A stretch of 64,000 nucleotides of DNA from NCBI GenBank assembly GCA_017444525.1, contig JAFSWL010000014.1, positions 2,420-66,419 of the forward strand, written 5' to 3'. Shown one piece after another: positions 35,218 to 43,987 of this stretch. The notes under the pieces were generated by a model that had not been told where the DNA came from, did no database searches, and was given only the letters and a program-made list of their open reading frames with translations. The first letter of the stretch is position 1; the number at the start of each line of letters is the position of its first letter. The position numbers and the translations under genes are program-made. The DNA is from Alphaproteobacteria bacterium (lineage in GTDB: Bacteria; Pseudomonadota; Alphaproteobacteria; RF32; CAG-239).

Positions 35218-37671
35218 ATGACAAAAAGAATGTTAATTGACGATACACAACCGGAAGAAACTCGAGTTGTCATCGTTGACGGAAATAAAGTAGAAGATGT
35301 GGAATTTGAATCATCTTCCCGCAAACAAATTAAAGGAAATATTTATTCAGCCAAAGTCATCAGAATTGAACCGTCTTTGCAGGCGGCTTTTATTGATTAC
35401 GGCGGCAATAAACATGGGTTTCTGGCTTTTAACGAAATTCATCCGGACTATTATAATGTGTCGGATGAGGTGCGCCAAGCGGTAGAAGCAGAAGTAGATG
35501 AAATAATTGCCGGCAAAATACGCTATTTGAAAGAGCGTGAGGCGGAAAGAGCTCGCTACAAAGCTGAAAAAGAAGCTCAGGAAACACGTCGTCGCATGGA
35601 AGCACAGCAAGCTCATGAAATTGAAGAATCACAAATGGAACCTGCACAAAACGTTCAGCCGGAAAATGATACATATCTTACTTCAACCGTATCGGCTGAA
35701 ATGATGGAAGTATCATCTCAAACTGAAGAAAACGGTGAAAGTGCCACTTTTGTTGACGAAACTCAACCAAAGCAACGCAATGCTCGACGAACCTACCGCA
35801 AGCGCAGGGGTAGTACCGAAGAAAACGCAACAGTCACCGAAAATTCCGAAGAGTTGGCTGCATCAAGTAAAACTTTCTCTGAACAGATTGTAGAATCGCC
35901 TGCTGCTGATACTATTGAATCGTCTGAAACCGTCAATGATACTATTTCTGAGACAGATGAAGAGGCTAAACCACGTAAGCATCGCAAAGCGACATGCCGC
36001 CCGCGTGATCGCAAAAAGAATATACAAACTCAAGCGGAAGCCGCAGGTCTTAGCAATGAAATGATTGAAGATGAGATAGACGAAGATTTAGATAGCGATG
36101 ATGATGATATAGAAACAGAAGAAAGCGGGGAATATAATTTTGACACACAACGCAAACTACTGATTGCCCGCAAGTTATTCCACCGCAGCACTATTCAGGA
36201 TGTCATCAAAGAGGGACAAACTCTGTTGGTACAAATTGTCAAAGAAGAACGCGGCAACAAAGGAGCCGCTTGCACTACTTACATTTCTCTTGCCGGCCGA
36301 TATTGCGTTTTAATGCCTAACCGCATTAAGAGCGGAGGTGTTTCTCGTAAAATAACCAACGTCAGTGATCGCCGCCGCTTAAAATCAGTGATAAAAAATC
36401 TTCCGCTGAATGCGGATATGTCACTTATTATCCGAACTGCCGGTGAAGATAAAAGCGATGCCGATATCATCCGTGATTATAACTATTTAATCCGTACTTG
36501 GAACGCCATTCGTTACGGAGCATTGCGGACACCGGCTCCTGCAATCATTTATGAAGAAGGTAACTTGATTAAGCGAGCTTTGCGCGATATGTATACCAAA
36601 GATATCGATGAAGTAATTATTGATGGCAATGAAGCTTATCAGACAGCACGTAATTTTGTGAAGATTCTGTCGCCTCATAATCTGAAACATATTCATAACC
36701 GTAAAGCTGGAGATGTACCGGTATTTCAGCGTTTTCAAATCGAAGCACAGCTCGACAAGCTGCACAATCCGGTTGTACAATTAGAATCCGGCGGTTATCT
36801 TGTAATTAACCCTACCGAAGCTCTGGTTTCGATAGATGTAAACTCCGGACGCGCCACTAAAGAGAAGGATATTGAAGAAACAGCATTAAAAACCAATCTG
36901 GAAGCGGCTGATGAAATTGCCAAACAACTTAAAATGCGTGATTTAGCAGGTTTGATTGTTGTTGACTTTATCGATATGTATGAGCAGCAAAACAATGTAT
37001 TGGTTGAACGCCGCATGAAAGAAGCTATGAAAGATGACCGTGCTCGTATTCAGATTGCTAAAATGAGTATTTTTGGTCTATTAGAAATTTCTCGTCAACG
37101 CATGCATTCTTCTTTTATTGAGAGCAATTATCAGCCTTGTCCTTATTGCCATGGCCGCGGTGTCACTCGTACGGTTGAATCCGGTGCTACTTTGATTTTG
37201 CGCTCGATTGAAGGGGAAGGAGTACGCAACCGCAGTGTTAAGCTCACGGTTAGTGTTCCGGTAGAATTGGCGACCTATCTCCTCAATCACAAAAGAAAAC
37301 AACTTTCTGTACTTGAAGAAACTTATGATTTGCAAATTATCATTGCCGGTGATCTCAATATGAAAGATGCATCCGACTTCAAAATCTGCCGTGAGAAATT
37401 GCAAGTTGCCAACACCGTTTCACAAGATGCCACTACTACTTGTTATGAAGCGGAAAATATGGAATATGATGAGGATGAAAATATCCCCGATGAAAAAGAG
37501 GAAGAAGAAAACGGAGATCATCGATTCCGCTTCCGCCGCAATGGCCGCGGCCGCAGACAGCGCCGTTCTTATGAACATCGCAATGATGGTCGAGCAACCG
37601 ATAATATTGCCGATAAACAGGCAGAAACCAAACCGGAGAAAAAATCTTGGTGGCAAAAATTACTCGGCTGA
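35218..37671 (+). CDS. rne: ribonuclease E (RNase E/G family)
   Basis: The N-terminus is collinear with E. coli RNase E (MLID..EETRV..NIYSAKVIRIEPSLQAAFIDYG). KEERGNKGAA, a DNase-I-like region, and the Zn-link CPYCHGRG. A ~240-aa acidic insertion lies inside S1. Confidence 0.85.
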   Translation: MTKRMLIDDTQPEETRVVIVDGNKVEDVEFESSSRKQIKGNIYSAKVIRIEPSLQAAFIDYGGNKHGFLAFNEIHPDYYNVSDEVRQAVEAEVDEIIAGKIRYLKEREAERARYKAEKEAQETRRRMEAQQAHEIEESQMEPAQNVQPENDTYLTSTVSAEMMEVSSQTEENGESATFVDETQPKQRNARRTYRKRRGSTEENATVTENSEELAASSKTFSEQIVESPAADTIESSETVNDTISETDEEAKPRKHRKATCRPRDRKKNIQTQAEAAGLSNEMIEDEIDEDLDSDDDDIETEESGEYNFDTQRKLLIARKLFHRSTIQDVIKEGQTLLVQIVKEERGNKGAACTTYISLAGRYCVLMPNRIKSGGVSRKITNVSDRRRLKSVIKNLPLNADMSLIIRTAGEDKSDADIIRDYNYLIRTWNAIRYGALRTPAPAIIYEEGNLIKRALRDMYTKDIDEVIIDGNEAYQTARNFVKILSPHNLKHIHNRKAGDVPVFQRFQIEAQLDKLHNPVVQLESGGYLVINPTEALVSIDVNSGRATKEKDIEETALKTNLEAADEIAKQLKMRDLAGLIVVDFIDMYEQQNNVLVERRMKEAMKDDRARIQIAKMSIFGLLEISRQRMHSSFIESNYQPCPYCHGRGVTRTVESGATLILRSIEGEGVRNRSVKLTVSVPVELATYLLNHKRKQLSVLEETYDLQIIIAGDLNMKDASDFKICREKLQVANTVSQDATTTCYEAENMEYDEDENIPDEKEEEENGDHRFRFRRNGRGRRQRRSYEHRNDGRATDNIADKQAETKPEKKSWWQKLLG

Positions 37672-38993
37672 TATCGTTATGTTTATTAACTCTGTTTTTA
37701 ACTGTTTTTTTCATTAAACCGGTTAAAGCTGAAAGTATTACTTTGATAACCGATGCGGAAACTCAGCAGTTTCTGGCAAATATTGTCGGTCCGCTATACA
37801 ATGCGGCCGGCATTCCTTTTAGAGCTGACAAAGTATATATTGTGCGCGATAATACCCTGAATGCCTTTGTCAGCGAAGGTAATAATATGTTTGTGCATAC
37901 GGGAACACTTATTGAGGCAGATAATGTTAATGAGCTTTCCGGTATTTTAGCTCACGAAACCGGACATATATTAGGAGGTCATATTGTCAGGCAACAACTT
38001 AAATTGCAAAAAATGCAATATATCATGCTCGGTTCAATGATAGCTGCCGGAGCTGCTGCCGTGTCGACCGGGCGCGGCGACGCTGCAATGGCACTTATAC
38101 TCGGTTCGCAAAGTTCTGCTGTAAACAGCATGTTGCATTATCAAATTCAAGAAGAACGCAACGCTGATGAAAGCGCAATCAAACTTTTGGATAAAACCAA
38201 ACAATCTACAGCAGGTTTGCAAAATTTTATGCGAAAAATAAAAAAGCGGACAGCTATGAGTGGTATTACTGAAAATCCGTATTTTCGCACTCACCCGATG
38301 ACAACCGAACGTATTAACCACTTTGCCGAGGCCGGTAAAAACAATCATTACCCGATTGCGCACAGACTTGATACCGATTTTGCTATGATTAAAGCTAAAT
38401 TATCCGCCTATTTGCTAGACAAATCCAAAGTTGCGCGATTGTATCCGCAAAGTGATAATTCTGCAGCGGCACGCTATGCCCGCAGTATTTTGGCCTTTAG
38501 GCAAAATAACATAACAAAAGCTTTGGATCTGCTTGATGGGTTAATTGCCGAACAGCCGCATAATCCGTATTTTTATGAAATCAAAGGACAATTTTTATTT
38601 GAAAGCGGACAAGTTCAGAAAAGCGTATCCGTCTATGAAACAGCATTGAAAATACGCCCTGATGATGTCGTCCTAAAAATATGCTTAGCGCAAGCCATGC
38701 TTGAAAATAACCCCAATCAAAACCAATTACAGCGCATTATATCCCTATTGCAGCAAGCTCAGATAAAAGTGCTGACAGGAAACGGTTGGATGCTGCTATC
38801 CCGAGCATATGAACTAAACGGAAAACATGCTGCGTCCCTCTATGCTGCAGCCGAGTTCAGCTATAGCATGGATAATTTGAAAATAGCGCAAAAGCAGCTT
38901 GAAAATGCTCGCAAAGCCGGTGCCGATAAAAGCTTATCGCTGAAAATATCTGATTTAGAACAACGCATCAAACAAGAGCTTCAAGATCGTTAA
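37647..38993 (+). CDS. M48-family metalloprotease with C-terminal TPR repeats (BepA-like)
   Basis: Signal peptide, HETGHILGGH (HExxH), and a TPR-like C-terminal half. Overlaps the rne 3' end by 25 nt. Confidence 0.8.
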   Translation: MVAKITRLISLCLLTLFLTVFFIKPVKAESITLITDAETQQFLANIVGPLYNAAGIPFRADKVYIVRDNTLNAFVSEGNNMFVHTGTLIEADNVNELSGILAHETGHILGGHIVRQQLKLQKMQYIMLGSMIAAGAAAVSTGRGDAAMALILGSQSSAVNSMLHYQIQEERNADESAIKLLDKTKQSTAGLQNFMRKIKKRTAMSGITENPYFRTHPMTTERINHFAEAGKNNHYPIAHRLDTDFAMIKAKLSAYLLDKSKVARLYPQSDNSAAARYARSILAFRQNNITKALDLLDGLIAEQPHNPYFYEIKGQFLFESGQVQKSVSVYETALKIRPDDVVLKICLAQAMLENNPNQNQLQRIISLLQQAQIKVLTGNGWMLLSRAYELNGKHAASLYAAAEFSYSMDNLKIAQKQLENARKAGADKSLSLKISDLEQRIKQELQDR

Positions 38994-39073
38994 TTGTAAA
39001 TATCTCTAAAAAAAATATTTGACAAATATTTATTTTTGCTTCATACTTAGACAAAATCAAATTTTTTAGATAT

Positions 39074-39922
39074 ATGAAAAAGTTCTATCTTATCGCTCTA
39101 TGTGCGATGTTCTGCCTCGGCTCAGCCGCGCAGAATGAGATTGAGGTTTCCGATTCTGCAAACGTTGAGGAGACAGGTTCTTCGATGGAAACTACCGGCT
39201 CCATGTTTAACATGGTGTCCGAATATTCTTCTTTTACGGCGGCTGATCTTACCCAACGTAAGGATATGGTTTATCCGCTGAAACGTGGCGGCTTGTTTAA
39301 GAAGCATCATATTGAGCAGTCGATTGAGATTTGCCCGACCATATCCACGGATAAAGCCTCGCAGGCGGAGTTGATACCAAATGTTAATTTAGATGATATC
39401 AATAACACCGGTTTGGGACTGAACTTCGGGTATTCCGTGAGTTTCATCCCCTGTTATGAGGATAGCGGTAAGTTGCACATGAATAAACCAGGATTTGCGT
39501 ATAGTCTTGGCGTAGTCACTTCCATCACCCGCAGTGACAGGTACGGTACGACCTGTGATTTCTTGGGTAAGATTGGATTGGAAACTTGCCACAATCGCAA
39601 GTTGGGAATCGGCGGAGATTTTCTCTGCGGCTATGGTAAAGCCGGCGGAGATGTCTTTTGGTTTGATGACATAGCCACCGATACGGCACCTAAATCATCA
39701 GCACCGTATAATGCTTGGACTTTCAAGTATGGCGGACAGATTTGGGTAAAAACCGGATTATTGGGAAATTCATTTAAGAGCAACACTGATATTCTGTTGT
39801 TTGCACGATTGATTTCCAATAAAAACCCACATATGGTGGACGGAGAAATGTCTAAAATCCACTTTAATTTATGGAGAGTTGAGACTTGGAGTTTCGGAGT
39901 AATTATCCGCTATCGAATGTAA
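39074..39922 (+). CDS. secreted, probably beta-barrel outer-membrane-like protein; compositionally foreign (Bacteroidota-like)
   Basis: Signal peptide MKKFYLIALCAMFCLGSAAQ (Bacteroidota-style A-Q end). Alternating G/aromatic beta-strand pattern. The first 120 nt are ~47% G+C by hand count. GAG/AAG-rich codons and no SD. Confidence 0.55.
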   Translation: MKKFYLIALCAMFCLGSAAQNEIEVSDSANVEETGSSMETTGSMFNMVSEYSSFTAADLTQRKDMVYPLKRGGLFKKHHIEQSIEICPTISTDKASQAELIPNVNLDDINNTGLGLNFGYSVSFIPCYEDSGKLHMNKPGFAYSLGVVTSITRSDRYGTTCDFLGKIGLETCHNRKLGIGGDFLCGYGKAGGDVFWFDDIATDTAPKSSAPYNAWTFKYGGQIWVKTGLLGNSFKSNTDILLFARLISNKNPHMVDGEMSKIHFNLWRVETWSFGVIIRYRM

Positions 39923-39928
39923 TAAAAA

Positions 39929-39959
39929 AGCGTTTCTCTTGATTGAGGAACGCTTTTTT
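39929..39959 (+). terminator. intrinsic terminator of the OMP-like gene
   Basis: AGCGTTTCTC-ttgatt-GAGGAACGCT is 10 bp with one G-U pair, followed by T5. Confidence 0.7.
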
Positions 39960-40072
39960 GTTTGGCTTAAACCGCAGAGAACACTGTTGATAGAAAGCGA
40001 AGAATGCTTTTAATGTGAAGAAGGATTTTCTCGCAGTGTACAAGAGGTACACCCTTCCCTAAAAAGAAGTTA

Positions 40073-40181
40073 AAAAACCACGGATAGCGTGTAAATACGC
40101 CGAAAGCCTGTTTGTGCAGTGTACAAAAAAGGTACATAAACAAACAGGCTTTCTAGTAGATACCAGTTAAACGTGGTTTTT
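40073..40181 (-). terminator. nested (two-tier) hairpin terminator immediately after the nifJ stop
   Basis: Outer stem AAAAACCACG (40073-82) / CGTGGTTTTT (40172-81). Inner perfect 14-bp stem GAAAGCCTGTTTGT (40102-15) / ACAAACAGGCTTTC (40140-53). On the minus strand TTTTTTAACTTCTTTTT follows. Confidence 0.6.
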
Positions 40182-40183
40182 AC

Positions 40184-43100
40184 TTATTTATATTGAGCGA
40201 GGTGTTCTAACAACGCTCTCTTTTCATCAACGTTAGCCTGAGCTTTACCAAGCAGCATATTATAGCGCTCCGGATTAGCCTTGTTAACAACTTGGAAACG
40301 TGTTTCACTGGCCATAAATTCGGCAAGCGGCTTGCTCGGTGCTTTAGAATCCAGAGTAAGCGGAGCTTGACCTTCCTTCATATTATCCGGATTATAGCGA
40401 TAAAGCGGCCAAGAACCGGTTTCAACCGCATTCTTCTGGTGACCTAAGCCTTCTGCCATATTCAAACCTTGGTTGATGCACGGGCAATAAGCAATAATGA
40501 TAGAAGGACCGTTATAAGCTTCAGCCTCGTTCATTGCTTTGATTACCTGCATATCGTTGGCACCCATTGCCACTTGTGCTACATAAACATTGCCGTAAGA
40601 CATGGCAATCATACCCAAATCTTTCTTCGGCAACTCTTTACCTGCAGTAGCAAACTTAGCGGATGCTCCCATCGGGGTTGCTTTGGATTGTTGACCGCCG
40701 GTGTTGGAATATACGCCGGTATCAACCACCAAGATATTGACGTTGCGACCGCTGGCAATAGCGTGGTCGACGCCACCGAAGCCGATATCGTAAGCCCAAC
40801 CGTCGCCGCCGATAATCCATACGGATTTCTTAATCAGATAGTCGGCAACTTCGCTTAAATGCTTGGCTTCATCGCTATTGATAGCAGCCAATTTTGCGCG
40901 CAGGGTGGCAATATTATCGCGCTGAGCATCAATTTCCATATCGTTGGACTGCGGGTTTGCTAATATTTTATCAGCAATATCACCAAGCTGGTCTTTCATA
41001 CCTTCAAGCAAAGATTTTGCGGTTTCGGCTTCGTGGTCGATAGAAATTCGCATACCCAAACCGAATTCGGCATTATCTTCAAACAAAGAGTTTGCCCAAG
41101 CCGGTCCGTGACCTTTTTCATCTTTACAATACGGGGTAGTCGGCAAGTTACCGGAATAAATCGAAGAACATCCGGTAGCGTTAGCAATAACCATACGATC
41201 GCCGAACAATTGCGTCAGCAACTTAATGTACGGAGTTTCACCGCAGCCGGCGCAAGCACCGGAATATTCAAACAACGGCTGAATAAGCTGTGTTGTCTTC
41301 GGCATATTCTTAACCACATCGGTACGTTTAACATACGGCAAAGTTTCAAAGAACTTCCAGTTGGCTTTTTCACCCTCAAGATGATTTTCGATATGGTCCA
41401 TATTGATGGCGTGCAATTCCGGATTTTCTTTATTCTTAGCCGGACAAGCGGTAACACATACGCCGCAGCCGGTGCAGTCTTCCGGAGAAATTTGCAAAAT
41501 AAATTGTTTGCCGGCAAATTCCTTACCCTTATAATCAGCATGCTTCAAAGTAGCCGGAGCGCCTGCCAACTGTGCATCGTCAGCAACTTTCATTCTGATT
41601 ACGCCGTGCGGACATACGATTGAGCATTTACCGCATTGGATACAGGTGTTCGGATCCCAAACCGGAACTTCGGTTGCAATACAACGCTTTTCAAACTGCG
41701 TGGTAGCGGTCGGCCATGTACCATCAACAACTTCCTGCAATTCAGAAGTTTTAACGCTGTCTCCCTTGTCGGCAATCAGTTTTGCCGTCAAACCTTTAAC
41801 AAATTCAGGCGCATTTGCCGGAACCGGCGCCAAACGATGGAAGGTCGAGGTAACGTGGTCCGGATATTTAACCTCAAACATATGTTCAAGAGATGCGTCA
41901 ACAGCAGCATAGTTCTTTTGAACAACAGCATCGCCCTTCTTAGAATAGGTCTTCTTAATTGCAGCCTTAATTTGCGCAATCGCCTCATCTTTCGGCAAAA
42001 TATTGGAAATTGCAAAGAAGCATGTCTGCATAACCGTGTTAATGCGCTGTCCCATACCGGTGGCACGCGCAACTTCCACAGCGTTAATGGTGTAGAATTT
42101 GAGGTGCTTAGCCAAGATTTGTTCCTGTACTTCAATCGGCAACTGATCCCAAACTTCTTCCGCTTTATACGGAGCGTTCAGCAAGAAAGTGGCACCGTCT
42201 TTGGCAATATGTAAAATATCAACTTTTTTCATAAATTGGAATTGGTGACAAGCCACAAAATCAGCCTGATTAATCAAATAAGCCGAGCGAATCGGATTAT
42301 CCGAAAAACGCAAGTGAGATGTAGTCATAGAGCCGGATTTACGAGAGTCGTAAACAAAATAGCCCTGACCGTATTTACCTGCATCTTCGGCAATAATCTT
42401 AATTGAATTTTTGTTGGCACCGACCGTACCATCTGCGCCCAACCCGAAGAATACGGCGCGAACGACATCATCCGGTTCTACATCAAATGAAGGATCATAA
42501 GACAAAGATTTATGAGTTAAATCATCTTCAATACCGACGGTAAAACCGTTAATCGGAGCATTGGCAACAGCATTATCAAACACAGCCTTAGCCATAGCCG
42601 GTGTAAATTCTTTAGAAGACAAACCGTAGCGTCCGCCGTAAATTTTCGGCAGGCTTGCGATTTTGCCGTTGCTGTAAGCTTGCGACAAAGCCGTAACCAC
42701 ATCCAAATACAGCGGTTCACCGAGAGAACCGGCCTCTTTAGTTCTATCCAAAACAGAAACAACTTTGGCGGTTTTCGGCAATGCTTTCAAGAAAGATTCT
42801 GTCGGGAACGGACGATATAAATGAACTTTCAGAACGCCGAGTTTAGCACCGTGTGCATTGAGATATTCAATAGCTTCTTCAACTGTTTCCGCGCCTGACC
42901 CCATAACCACGACAACGTTTTCCGCGTCAGCTGCACCGGTATAATCAACAACATGATACTGACGACCGGTAATCTTTGCAAACTTATCCATTTCTTCCTG
43001 AACAATGCCTTCAACCTTTGCATAATACGGGTTAGCTGCTTCACGTCCTTGGAAGAAAACATCCGGATTTTGCGCTGTACCGCGGATAACCGGATTTTCC

Positions 43101-43732
43101 GGACGCAGAGCGTGTTCGGCATTAAACTTATAGTTAACACCATCAAGCATAGCTTTCAAATCATCATCGGACAGCAGTTTAACTTTTTTGATTTCGTGCG
43201 AAGTGCGGAAACCGTCAAAGAAATGCATAAATGGAACGCGCGAACGTAAAGTCGATGTTTGCGCAATAGCTGCCATATCACCGGCCTCTTGCACTGAATT
43301 TGAGCAAAGCATGGCAAAACCAGTCTGGCGGCAACCCATAACATCGGAGTGATCGCCATAAATCGACAAAGCGTGATAAGCGAGTGAACGAGCCGCAACA
43401 TGCATAACAAACGGCATCAATTCACCGGCGATTTTATACATATTCGGAATCATTAAAAGCAAACCTTGCGAAGCCGTAAAGGTGGTGGTTAAAGCACCGG
43501 CCTGTAACGAACCGTGACAAGCACCGGCGGCACCGGCTTCGGATTGCATTTCCTGAATGGTAGGAGCAACGCCCCAAAGATTCTTTTGTTTGGCGGCAGA
43601 CCACGCATCAGCCCACTCACCCATCGGAGACGACGGCGTAATCGGGTAAATCACGCAGACTTCGTTCATACGATGTGCCACAGAAGCACAAGCCTCGTTG
43701 GCATCCATCATTTTCATTTTAACATCTGACAT
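40184..43732 (-). CDS. nifJ: pyruvate:ferredoxin (flavodoxin) oxidoreductase, single-polypeptide type
   Basis: 1182 aa. IYPITPSS, QSEAGAAGACHGSLQAGALTTTFTASQGLLLMIPNMYKIAGE, two 4Fe-4S motifs (CIQCGKCSIVCP and CTGCGVCVTACP), and the TPP domain GGDGWAYDIG. Confidence 0.95.
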   Translation of the reverse strand: MSDVKMKMMDANEACASVAHRMNEVCVIYPITPSSPMGEWADAWSAAKQKNLWGVAPTIQEMQSEAGAAGACHGSLQAGALTTTFTASQGLLLMIPNMYKIAGELMPFVMHVAARSLAYHALSIYGDHSDVMGCRQTGFAMLCSNSVQEAGDMAAIAQTSTLRSRVPFMHFFDGFRTSHEIKKVKLLSDDDLKAMLDGVNYKFNAEHALRPENPVIRGTAQNPDVFFQGREAANPYYAKVEGIVQEEMDKFAKITGRQYHVVDYTGAADAENVVVVMGSGAETVEEAIEYLNAHGAKLGVLKVHLYRPFPTESFLKALPKTAKVVSVLDRTKEAGSLGEPLYLDVVTALSQAYSNGKIASLPKIYGGRYGLSSKEFTPAMAKAVFDNAVANAPINGFTVGIEDDLTHKSLSYDPSFDVEPDDVVRAVFFGLGADGTVGANKNSIKIIAEDAGKYGQGYFVYDSRKSGSMTTSHLRFSDNPIRSAYLINQADFVACHQFQFMKKVDILHIAKDGATFLLNAPYKAEEVWDQLPIEVQEQILAKHLKFYTINAVEVARATGMGQRINTVMQTCFFAISNILPKDEAIAQIKAAIKKTYSKKGDAVVQKNYAAVDASLEHMFEVKYPDHVTSTFHRLAPVPANAPEFVKGLTAKLIADKGDSVKTSELQEVVDGTWPTATTQFEKRCIATEVPVWDPNTCIQCGKCSIVCPHGVIRMKVADDAQLAGAPATLKHADYKGKEFAGKQFILQISPEDCTGCGVCVTACPAKNKENPELHAINMDHIENHLEGEKANWKFFETLPYVKRTDVVKNMPKTTQLIQPLFEYSGACAGCGETPYIKLLTQLFGDRMVIANATGCSSIYSGNLPTTPYCKDEKGHGPAWANSLFEDNAEFGLGMRISIDHEAETAKSLLEGMKDQLGDIADKILANPQSNDMEIDAQRDNIATLRAKLAAINSDEAKHLSEVADYLIKKSVWIIGGDGWAYDIGFGGVDHAIASGRNVNILVVDTGVYSNTGGQQSKATPMGASAKFATAGKELPKKDLGMIAMSYGNVYVAQVAMGANDMQVIKAMNEAEAYNGPSIIIAYCPCINQGLNMAEGLGHQKNAVETGSWPLYRYNPDNMKEGQAPLTLDSKAPSKPLAEFMASETRFQVVNKANPERYNMLLGKAQANVDEKRALLEHLAQYK

Positions 43733-43764
43733 TTATATATCCTTAATTAAGTTAGTTTATAAAA

Positions 43765-43798
43765 GCGCAACATATTGAATATACATTATATATTGCGC
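43765..43798. promoter_or_regulatory. interrupted palindrome upstream of nifJ (candidate operator)
   Basis: GCGCAACATAT-12 nt-ATATATTGCGC has 11-bp arms with one mismatch. It lies 33-66 nt upstream of the nifJ ATG, in the divergent region shared with the ICMT-like gene. Confidence 0.35.
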
Positions 43799-43987
43799 AA
43801 AATACTGCAGTAAACAAAAATGTTTATGGCGCATTTATATCACACAATATTGAAAAATCAAGTTTTATTCCTCAAGCTGTGCAATCTTAAATATATTGGT
43901 AAACACACGAAATCAGACATTTCAATATTATATTTGATTAATCATTAAAAAAACTGGACTAATATTATAAATGGTGCTAAAAGATAC

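Noticed and set aside
35115-35324. A 69-aa minus-strand ORF spanning the rne start region.
   Set aside because: It overlaps the rne SD, ATG and conserved N-terminus in antisense and has no SD. The region is better explained as the rne leader plus coding sequence.
40033-40137. The two copies of GCAGTGTACA...GGTACA considered as a mini CRISPR-like or direct-repeat array.
   Set aside because: There are only two imperfect copies, each self-complementary, one of them inside the nifJ terminator loop. There are no cas genes and no regular spacing.
40469-43729. A series of long plus-strand ORFs (129, 196, 192, 98 and 71 aa) antisense to nifJ.
   Set aside because: All start positions are congruent with the codon-aligned antisense frame of nifJ. 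They reflect avoidance of TTA/CTA/TCA in a strongly codon-biased gene, not overlapping genes.
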